NCBI GenBank assembly: GCA_030429765.1
Contig: JAUIER010000003.1
Location: forward strand, 16,402-80,401
Origin: a bacterium
GTDB taxonomy: Bacteria; Omnitrophota; Gorgyraeia; Zapsychrales; Zapsychraceae
Reading direction: 5' to 3'
Length of the DNA: 64,000 nucleotides
Position 1 is the stretch's first letter, and the number at the start of each line of letters is the position of its first letter. The position numbers and the translations under genes were made by a program. The notes below the pieces were generated by a model. That model did no database searches, had not been told where the DNA came from, and saw nothing but the letters and a program-made list of their open reading frames with translations. Positions 19,503 through 27,036 of this stretch are shown here, piece by piece.

Positions 19503-22500
19503 ATGCGACTGTCCCTTTTGAATATCAAACAATTCTTGCGGTCTAACGGGTTGATCCGCGGACTGGTGGCGGGTCTGATCTTAAGTCAGATTTTCTGGCC
19601 GATTTCTGTGGAGGCTCAGACTATATCCGCCCATATGCCGCGGCCCGGCGCGATGGTGGGGTTTACATCGCATCACACACCTGTGCTGATCAGGGGCGTC
19701 ATTGTCGATCCGCTGGAGCCATTCCGTTTTGATTTTCTGCTGGATACCGGGAATAATATCAGCGACCAACAGGTGCTGCAGGAAGAGTCCACCCGTCTTA
19801 TCAAATATTTTCTCGCCTCTCTCACAGTTCCGGAAGAGGACCTGTGGGTCAATCTTTCACCTTACGAAAATGAACGTATCATACCTGAATACTTCGGGGT
19901 CACCGAAATGGGACGTGATCTTTTGGCGCAGGATTATCTGCTCAAACAGCTCACCGCGACGGTGATGTATCCCGAAGAAGAATTAGGACAAAAGTTTTGG
20001 GACAAGGTGCGCACGCGCGCCTTGGTCGAGTTTGGAACGATGGATGTTCCGGTGAATTCGTTCAATAAGGTCTGGATCGTGCCTGACAAGGCCGTGATCT
20101 ATGAACAGGGTACGTCGGCGTTTATCGTGGAGGCCCGTCTGAAGGTGATGCTCGAAAAAGACTACCTGGCCTGGGATGCTAATGGCGGCACACTCGACGC
20201 GGAGTCGATGAAAGAGGCGGAGGAGCGGGAAGGCCTTGATGCCGTAACGCGAAAGATTATCCGCGAGGTGGTCATCCCGGAGATTGAATCGGAGGTCAAT
20301 GCCGGCACAAATTTTGCCGCGCTGCGTCAGATTTATCATTCGTTGATTTTGGCCAGCTGGTACAAACAAAGCATCCAGGAAAGTCTGATCAATCAACTGT
20401 ATTCGGATCAGAACAAGGTGGCCGGAGTTGATGTCGAAGACAGGAGTATCAAAGAGAAGATTTATCAGCAGTATATCGAGGCCTTCAAAGAAGGTGTTTA
20501 CGATTATATTAAGGAAGAATTTGATCCGGTGTCGCAGGAATTGATTCCGCGTAAATATTTCTCGGGTGGTATGAAGCTGGGGCTGCAGACCAGCGACATT
20601 TTAGAGCGGACCACACGTGCCGACCGTTTTCAGATTCTGGGTGATCCGCTACTCGTACAGGCGGACTTTCGTTCAACGGAGCAGTCGGTTGAATTGGGAA
20701 CGGTCGATGAAGCTATGATGGCCGATGACGGTGACGGTCCGTCGAGGACTAATGATTTCAATCGGCGCGATACAGGCTTTCAGCGGATTCGTCAGGACGT
20801 CAATCAGGTAGAGCGGGTTGAATTATCACCGGCCCAAAAGGCGGTAGCCCTGCAACGGCGGCAGCAGGAAATTTTGCGGTTGCGAGAGGCGCTGGCGCCG
20901 TACACCCAGTCGGTTGACACATTGTACTATCCCGGCATCGGTACAGATATTGAAACGGCATTACGCATTTCAAACGCCCGCCGCATCGTCGGCGTCGATA
21001 TTGATCCGTTTATCGGTGACGCACCGGATATTACGTCAGCGTTTCGTTCAGCTATAGAGGACATGGGCGGTCGAATTATTTTAGCGGAAGCGACAGGTGA
21101 GCTGAATCAGGGCGGACGGTTGAATATAGAGTTTGAGTATGATGGTGTGAGGCGGGAATTTGTGTTTTATCAAGGGGACGCGTTGTCACGGACACCTTCT
21201 ACACTGCCGGAAACACGTGACGGGTATGACATGTTTTTCGAGCAGGCTCCGTCGTTTGATCCAACACCGCAGTATACAGCCGATATTATCACCACGTTGA
21301 ATCCCAATGGTATATTTTTTGGGCGTGACACCTTTGTGGATACGCAATCCAGCCTGCAGCCCAAGATTCGTGTAGCGACACCTGCGTTGGGAAATGTTTG
21401 GGTCAAGACGGCCGAGTCAACTGCGCCTGCAAGCCCGACCGTGTGGGAGAGTTTTGTACCGCAGGGAATCAAGTCTGATCCGGCCTGGCGTCGCGACGGT
21501 ACTTATGTTGACTTCGAGAATCCGTGGATGGGAACTAATGTCAGTGCTGAGGTCCGGATCTATTTGTTTAAGAGGGCGCTTGAAGCGATTAGTATCGAAC
21601 TGCCGGAGATTCAGGATGGACTGGTCATGGGCTTCGGAGAAACCTCCAAGGAATTAGAGGAGATCAAGGACGCATTTGACATCAAGTCTGTTCGGGGAGC
21701 GGAATGGGTGGCTGATCGTGTTCGTGGTGCCGCCCGTGGGTTGCAGGAAAACAACCGCCGACCCGAAGAATTCACTCTCTACCATGAAGACATCCGTGAT
21801 CTTAACGGGGTGTTTGCCGACCGATCTTTTGATTTTATTTATGCCGGAGCTATATCAGACGACTTGCGCAATGCATCACCGCGAATCGCCCGGGAGATTG
21901 TCCGTCTGTTGCGGCTAGGCGGAATCGCTCTGTTTGACGAAAGCAATCCGGAATTTCTTCAGGTTCTATCGAATTCCAGCGGAACTCTGCACAGGTTGAG
22001 CGGCGCTGGTCATCATATATATATCGGATCCGATCAGGCGATGTTGGTCAATGCCGTCGACACAGCCGAAGACGCGTTTCGGCTGCTGCAAAATCGTGAC
22101 CGCCAGTCAGCGGATAATTTTAATATGGCCTTTAAGACGATGGCGGATGCCCGCGAATTTGTATCCAAAGGGGGTATGTTACGGTTTGTCGGTGATATCG
22201 AAAATCCGTTAGCGGTCCTCATGGCGGAGCGACGGCCGAATCCGGAATCAAACTTCATCTATATAGCAGATGTGATTACCAGTCTCGACGGGAAAAATCA
22301 GGGGCTTGGTCGGGGATTGATGCGGGATTTTGTGCGCAAATTTGGCGCGGAAAATTCGATCGGCACCAACCTGCTTTACTTCCGGGGTGATGATCAGGCC
22401 GTTGGCGGAGCGCAACGGGCATGGGAGGAATTTCATCAGGGGCTCGGCTTCAAGATACTTGGCCGTGATGACCGCTATTATTTCCGGACGCCTGGTCCAT

Positions 22501-25500
22501 TCAATCAGGCTGACTCGGCGATGCTGGCCTTAAATGATTTTTCGCGAGAATTTTTGCGACAGGTTAATGATTATCAGCGTTTAACCGAGGATCATCGTGA
22601 CATCTGGCGGGGGATTGTGAGCCGTATACAGCAGGGTGAGGAGGGGCAGGGATTCTTTAAGTTCGGAATTATCCCCAATACGCAACAACTGGATTTTTCG
22701 ACGATGGATCTCAGTGAAACGGTTGAAGGTCACGTCGATCTATTCGGGCAGGTTCGAAATGTCACAGGACGGATAGTTCGGGGTGAGTTTTATATCGAAA
22801 AAGGTAATACATTTCAGATCGCCTTGAAGCGGCCCAATAACATCATCGATCCGGAAAAAATCGCCGATTTGTATCCGGGCTTAACTATACCGGAACGGGG
22901 CGAGGCGCTGGATGAATACCTGAATGACTTGTATATCCTCGCCGCACGCATGCTGACCGGCTACAATCCGTCGACCCTCGATTTTGATGACAATGCGTTG
23001 GTCGATCCGCAGACACCGGGACGTTTGGAACGCAATGACGCGCAGTTTGAGCGTATGACCAGCATCGGGGAACTGGCTCAGCAGCCGCTGCGAATTATCC
23101 GTCTGGAGAATCCGGATGCGGTGAACTATTCCGCGTCAGAGTGGGAGCAGATCGAGGAGACGTTGAACGTTCTTGTAGACGCGGCCAATCGATACACAAC
23201 GGTCTTTACAGGAGATGTTTTTACTGAATATTTCAGCCAGATAAAAGATTGGGTGGATCGTTCGACAAGGATTACACCGGAGAATATTGACGAACTTTCG
23301 GGGGAGGCAATTGCCTTGTTGAGTGAAGTAGAGGCGATGTCAACCGAGGCGACCCGGACGGTTACGGATCAGGTTAAACGGGTACGGGATCAACTGGCGG
23401 ATGAGTATCGGAACAATCAATACACCTTTTTTAATCCGGAATCGTTGAGTCTCGTCGATGTCAAGGGATCAACCGTCGTGCACGATTTTTATAACACTTT
23501 TGGAAACATATTTCACATTGTATTTTACTTGCCGTTGACAGTGGATCCGTCATCGAGAGAAGACTTTTTTGAGGCGCAGAATAGTCTGATTGATTTTGTG
23601 ATTCGAATTGAACGGTTTCTGGAATTTTTTGATGACATTCGTGATCCGCTTCGCGTTACATCAGATTCATTGCTGACCAGTTTTTCCGAGGCGTTTCCGG
23701 AACAAACCTACCGGGATTTTCTGATCCCATTAGCCAATGCACGGCGCCGGCAAGCCAGAGAAGACCGGGCCATGTTAGCGACCGCTCGTACATCTATCGT
23801 TCAGGATCCTCAGGAGATTTCGGAAATTCTGGACGAGTGGTATGCGCAGAATCCGCAGCGGACTTTCGAGCGCGGGAAGTGGGATATCCTTTTGGGTATC
23901 GGTAACAACCTAGAGCTGATGACGGTTCGAAATCCGGATGAAAAGTTAATGGGTATTGCAGCGTTCCGTGATACGAATATCATGGTAACATTTGATGAGT
24001 TCACACCGGGATTTTCGGCCGAACTGATGGAGATAGACGAAGGCTTAAGAGGGCAAAGGCTGGGACGGTTTGTTATGAGCCAGTTAGCTCAGGAAAGTTT
24101 GTCCAGATCAGATCGTACTATGCCTGTTGTTCTCCATCCGCTGGAGGATGGCGGTGTGACCGCTGATAGCCAGCCGATGCGGCGATACTACGAGAAGATG
24201 GGATTTTATTACCTGCCGTTACCAGATGAAGCGGATCTCGAACCCGATGAAATCAGACAGAAGTATCGGCTGCAGCTGTCGGCTGAACTGGCCAATCGCT
24301 TGCAGGAAAGTATCGATGAGCTGATCCAACGCGGTCAAGCCACCGACTCCGCGATGTTAGGGGATGTGAATTGGGAGATAAATGACATTCTCCAGGACCG
24401 GGAAACACTTGATATATATCGGATCGTGGGAATAACAGGGGCTAAGGATGCGCGGGAATCGAGGATTGTCATTGAAAAGATAATCGGCGGGCGCCGTGAA
24501 GCGGTTTTGGTGTCAGAAGCCGAAAGGCGATTCCGATCGGACAAAAACTATAATGAGAGTGACTTCTATCAGATTCCGGAAGCCGATCGGCAGGAATTAG
24601 CTCGCCGAGGTTTTGAGGATATCGAGGTGATTTCCGGGGGAGTCCAGTTTCAATTTGCGGACAGGCAGGTTGACAACAAGACAGTATTTGCGGCCCGTGA
24701 CTCGAATAATGAGCGAGATGTGGTGGTTATAGTGCATAAGGATAGTTTGGAAGTCGCGGAGTTCTATGAGGAATGGAATCAGCCCGGATCAGGCATCATG
24801 GCGATCTATGAAAGCGGAACGTTTACCGATGGTAGTAATTATATGATCGCTGAGCGATTCGAGGGAACGACAATTGAAGATCTAAGCTGGGGGCAGGACG
24901 AAGGTTTTCCGGTCTCACAAATGGTTCGTTCGATTCTGGAATTCGTCGGAAATCTAAGTGAATTTCATGAACGGAATTTCTTTCATGGTGATTTGTCTCC
25001 CGGAAACTTTATCGTGAGCGATGAAGGGCGTGTCACCGCGATTGATCTCAGTAAGGCCTATCAGAACATGTACTATGACCTGGAAGATGTTGATTTAGCC
25101 GATATCCCGGATGAGTGGATACAGCGGCAGCAGGCCGATGATATTGCGTCGACGGGACAGGCCCTGTTGAACTTGGTTACGGGTAACAATGAAGGCTTTG
25201 ACTACGTATATGGCTCGCAGCAGGATCTGTCGGCGTTATTGAGATCGATGACAGATAAAAAGGTCGACTTAAACGCCATTGAGCTGAACATTTTGAGTAC
25301 GATCATCTACAAGATGCTCAATGCCGGTATCGTGGCACTAAATTCTGACAGCGACGCTATTCAGCGGATAGGTGATGATTACTATCGAACGATGGGCGAG
25401 GCGCGGGAGGATTTGCTCAACCTGCAGGCCATTCTCGACGCGGCGATGCTGGCCGATGGAGAAGACGCCGAGACCGGGGGTATCGACTTGACACCAGACA

Positions 25501-25736
25501 AGCTCAATCTGGAGATTCAGCGCGACGACGCGTCGGGTGTTCCCGCGGGCGTGATACCGTTGCCGTCCAGCGATGTGCAGATAGAGGGATTGTATCCGGT
25601 CATCATCAACATCCTGCCGGTCAGTAATCTGCCGGTGCTCTTGGGAACCGCTGAACAGGATGATCCGACGGAAGTGGGATGGCTTGAGTTTGATGTGTTT
25701 GATCAATCACTTGATCTGGTGCGAAAACCGGAATAG
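19503..25736 (+). CDS. Giant secreted modular multi-enzyme protein (signal peptide + N-terminal framework domain + MTase/GNAT/unknown/GNAT/kinase cargoes + GGIDL C-terminal domain)
   Basis: 2077-aa ORF; signal peptide ending VEA|Q; six D-x-A-M-[LM] motifs; SAM-MTase-like motifs (YYPGIGTD...VGVDID; GLVMGFG...SFDFIY...LLRLGG); GNAT motif A (KNQGLG, RGQRLG...YYEKMGF); kinase loop HGDLSPGN...IDLS; C-terminal GGIDLTP...IEGLYPVIINILP. Confidence 0.85.
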   Translation: MRLSLLNIKQFLRSNGLIRGLVAGLILSQIFWPISVEAQTISAHMPRPGAMVGFTSHHTPVLIRGVIVDPLEPFRFDFLLDTGNNISDQQVLQEESTRLIKYFLASLTVPEEDLWVNLSPYENERIIPEYFGVTEMGRDLLAQDYLLKQLTATVMYPEEELGQKFWDKVRTRALVEFGTMDVPVNSFNKVWIVPDKAVIYEQGTSAFIVEARLKVMLEKDYLAWDANGGTLDAESMKEAEEREGLDAVTRKIIREVVIPEIESEVNAGTNFAALRQIYHSLILASWYKQSIQESLINQLYSDQNKVAGVDVEDRSIKEKIYQQYIEAFKEGVYDYIKEEFDPVSQELIPRKYFSGGMKLGLQTSDILERTTRADRFQILGDPLLVQADFRSTEQSVELGTVDEAMMADDGDGPSRTNDFNRRDTGFQRIRQDVNQVERVELSPAQKAVALQRRQQEILRLREALAPYTQSVDTLYYPGIGTDIETALRISNARRIVGVDIDPFIGDAPDITSAFRSAIEDMGGRIILAEATGELNQGGRLNIEFEYDGVRREFVFYQGDALSRTPSTLPETRDGYDMFFEQAPSFDPTPQYTADIITTLNPNGIFFGRDTFVDTQSSLQPKIRVATPALGNVWVKTAESTAPASPTVWESFVPQGIKSDPAWRRDGTYVDFENPWMGTNVSAEVRIYLFKRALEAISIELPEIQDGLVMGFGETSKELEEIKDAFDIKSVRGAEWVADRVRGAARGLQENNRRPEEFTLYHEDIRDLNGVFADRSFDFIYAGAISDDLRNASPRIAREIVRLLRLGGIALFDESNPEFLQVLSNSSGTLHRLSGAGHHIYIGSDQAMLVNAVDTAEDAFRLLQNRDRQSADNFNMAFKTMADAREFVSKGGMLRFVGDIENPLAVLMAERRPNPESNFIYIADVITSLDGKNQGLGRGLMRDFVRKFGAENSIGTNLLYFRGDDQAVGGAQRAWEEFHQGLGFKILGRDDRYYFRTPGPFNQADSAMLALNDFSREFLRQVNDYQRLTEDHRDIWRGIVSRIQQGEEGQGFFKFGIIPNTQQLDFSTMDLSETVEGHVDLFGQVRNVTGRIVRGEFYIEKGNTFQIALKRPNNIIDPEKIADLYPGLTIPERGEALDEYLNDLYILAARMLTGYNPSTLDFDDNALVDPQTPGRLERNDAQFERMTSIGELAQQPLRIIRLENPDAVNYSASEWEQIEETLNVLVDAANRYTTVFTGDVFTEYFSQIKDWVDRSTRITPENIDELSGEAIALLSEVEAMSTEATRTVTDQVKRVRDQLADEYRNNQYTFFNPESLSLVDVKGSTVVHDFYNTFGNIFHIVFYLPLTVDPSSREDFFEAQNSLIDFVIRIERFLEFFDDIRDPLRVTSDSLLTSFSEAFPEQTYRDFLIPLANARRRQAREDRAMLATARTSIVQDPQEISEILDEWYAQNPQRTFERGKWDILLGIGNNLELMTVRNPDEKLMGIAAFRDTNIMVTFDEFTPGFSAELMEIDEGLRGQRLGRFVMSQLAQESLSRSDRTMPVVLHPLEDGGVTADSQPMRRYYEKMGFYYLPLPDEADLEPDEIRQKYRLQLSAELANRLQESIDELIQRGQATDSAMLGDVNWEINDILQDRETLDIYRIVGITGAKDARESRIVIEKIIGGRREAVLVSEAERRFRSDKNYNESDFYQIPEADRQELARRGFEDIEVISGGVQFQFADRQVDNKTVFAARDSNNERDVVVIVHKDSLEVAEFYEEWNQPGSGIMAIYESGTFTDGSNYMIAERFEGTTIEDLSWGQDEGFPVSQMVRSILEFVGNLSEFHERNFFHGDLSPGNFIVSDEGRVTAIDLSKAYQNMYYDLEDVDLADIPDEWIQRQQADDIASTGQALLNLVTGNNEGFDYVYGSQQDLSALLRSMTDKKVDLNAIELNILSTIIYKMLNAGIVALNSDSDAIQRIGDDYYRTMGEAREDLLNLQAILDAAMLADGEDAETGGIDLTPDKLNLEIQRDDASGVPAGVIPLPSSDVQIEGLYPVIINILPVSNLPVLLGTAEQDDPTEVGWLEFDVFDQSLDLVRKPE
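20706..25451 (+). repeat. Six dispersed D-x-A-M-[LM] linker repeats inside the 2077-aa gene
   Basis: DEAMM 20706-20720, DQAML 22032-22046, DSAML 22512-22526, DRAML 23763-23777, DSAML 24345-24359, DAAML 25437-25451; all in frame and at domain boundaries. Confidence 0.85.
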
Positions 25737-25743
25737 CCGATAA

Positions 25744-25815
25744 ATGATTTAAATCACTCGCATTCAATCATTTGGAGACTAAAGGATTGAATTTTCTTTA
25801 CACTTGTAATAAAAT
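25744..25815 (+). promoter_or_regulatory. sigma70 promoter of the moxR-bat operon with upstream FNR/CRP-like palindrome
   Basis: TTGAAT(25787)-17 bp-TAAAAT(25810); ATGAT-TTAA-ATCAC at 25744-25757. Confidence 0.55.
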
Positions 25816-25869
25816 TTTCACATAAATCGAAACCGCAAACTTGAAGTAGCACGATAGATAGGGGGCTTC

Positions 25870-26865
25870 ATGTCAAATAGTGAAATTACCGAAATTAACG
25901 AGCGTGTTCAAAAATCCAGCCAGTTTGTTGAGGCGATTTATACCGAAGCGCAAAAGGTTATGGTTGGCCAGAAGTACCTGTTGGAACGGTTGATGCTGGG
26001 GTTGCTGGCCAATGGTCATATTCTGCTGGAAGGTGTGCCAGGCCTGGCCAAGACAACGGCTGTTAAGACTTTGTCGAGTACTATTCATACAAAATTCCAA
26101 CGGTTGCAGTTTACGCCGGATATGTTACCGGCCGATTTGACCGGGACGTTAATTTATGATCAGAAAAGCGGGGATTTTAAGGTCAAGAAAGGACCGATCT
26201 TCGCCAATATTATTCTGGCTGACGAGATTAACCGCGCGCCGGCCAAGGTGCAGAGCGCGTTACTGGAGGCGATGCAGGAGCGGCAGGTTACGATCGGGTC
26301 CGATACGTTGGGGCTCGAAGATCCGTTCCTGGTGTTGGCCACACAGAATCCGATTGAGCAGGAAGGGACTTATCCGTTACCGGAAGCGCAGGTCGATCGA
26401 TTTATGCTCAAGCTCAAGATTGATTATCCCACCAAGGAAGAAGAACATCAGATCCTGAAACGCATGGCCCATACCAAGAACAAGATCGAGATCAAACCGA
26501 TCATTCATCCCGAAGATCTGCTGGAGGCGCGGAAGATCGTCGACGAGATCTACATGGATGAAAAGATTGAACACTACATTGTCAATATCGTTGACTCGAC
26601 ACGCAATCCTGATCAGTACAACCTTAGTGACATCAAGGGATTACTTCAGTACGGGGCATCGCCGCGGGCGACGATCAATCTGGCGATCGCTTCCAAGGCC
26701 CACGCCTTTCTTCAAGGCCGCGGGTATGTCACGCCTCAAGATGTGAAGTCGATCGGAATGGATGTCCTTCGCCATCGTATTCTGATCAGTTATGAAGCCG
26801 AAGCCGAAGAAAAAACATCAGAAGATATTATCCAACGGATTTTTGACGAGATAGAAGTACCTTAG
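25870..26865 (+). CDS. moxR: MoxR-family AAA+ ATPase
   Basis: GHILLEGVPGLAKT (Walker A), LQFTPDMLPAD, LADEINRAPAKVQSALLEAMQE, ATQNPIEQEGTYPLPEAQVDRF. Confidence 0.97.
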   Translation: MSNSEITEINERVQKSSQFVEAIYTEAQKVMVGQKYLLERLMLGLLANGHILLEGVPGLAKTTAVKTLSSTIHTKFQRLQFTPDMLPADLTGTLIYDQKSGDFKVKKGPIFANIILADEINRAPAKVQSALLEAMQERQVTIGSDTLGLEDPFLVLATQNPIEQEGTYPLPEAQVDRFMLKLKIDYPTKEEEHQILKRMAHTKNKIEIKPIIHPEDLLEARKIVDEIYMDEKIEHYIVNIVDSTRNPDQYNLSDIKGLLQYGASPRATINLAIASKAHAFLQGRGYVTPQDVKSIGMDVLRHRILISYEAEAEEKTSEDIIQRIFDEIEVP

Positions 26866-26873
26866 TCTGAAAC

Positions 26874-27010
26874 GAGTGATCAGTGATCGGTAACGCGAGT
26901 ATTGCTGGATACCAAGTTCAGGGGCGGTAGGACAAAGGGCTGATATATCAGCGTGTCCTGCCAAGATGAGTCAACCATCCGGGTGTCGCGTGTCACATCA
27001 CCGGTCTCTC
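26874..27010 (+). ncRNA. Candidate structured RNA (long imperfect rod-like hairpin) in the moxR-DUF58 intergenic region
   Basis: Nested pairings read by eye: GTGAT/ATCAC, ACGCGA(26893)/TCGCGT(26986), CTGGAT(26905)/ATCCGG(26977), GGTAGGACA(26926)/TGTCCTGCC(26954), GCTGA-TATA-TCAGC apex; several G:U pairs favour the + strand. Confidence 0.4.
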
Positions 27011-27036
27011 TCCCAAAAAACTGTAAGTCATTCATC

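Noticed and set aside
23481-23510. HDFYNTFGNI as a histidine kinase H-box
   Set aside because: No HATPase N/G1/F/G2 boxes follow; the resemblance is too short to call.
20706-25451. DxAM Met codons as internal translation starts producing separate proteins
   Set aside because: No consistent Shine-Dalgarno sequence precedes these ATGs; the conserved element is the peptide D-x-A-M-L.
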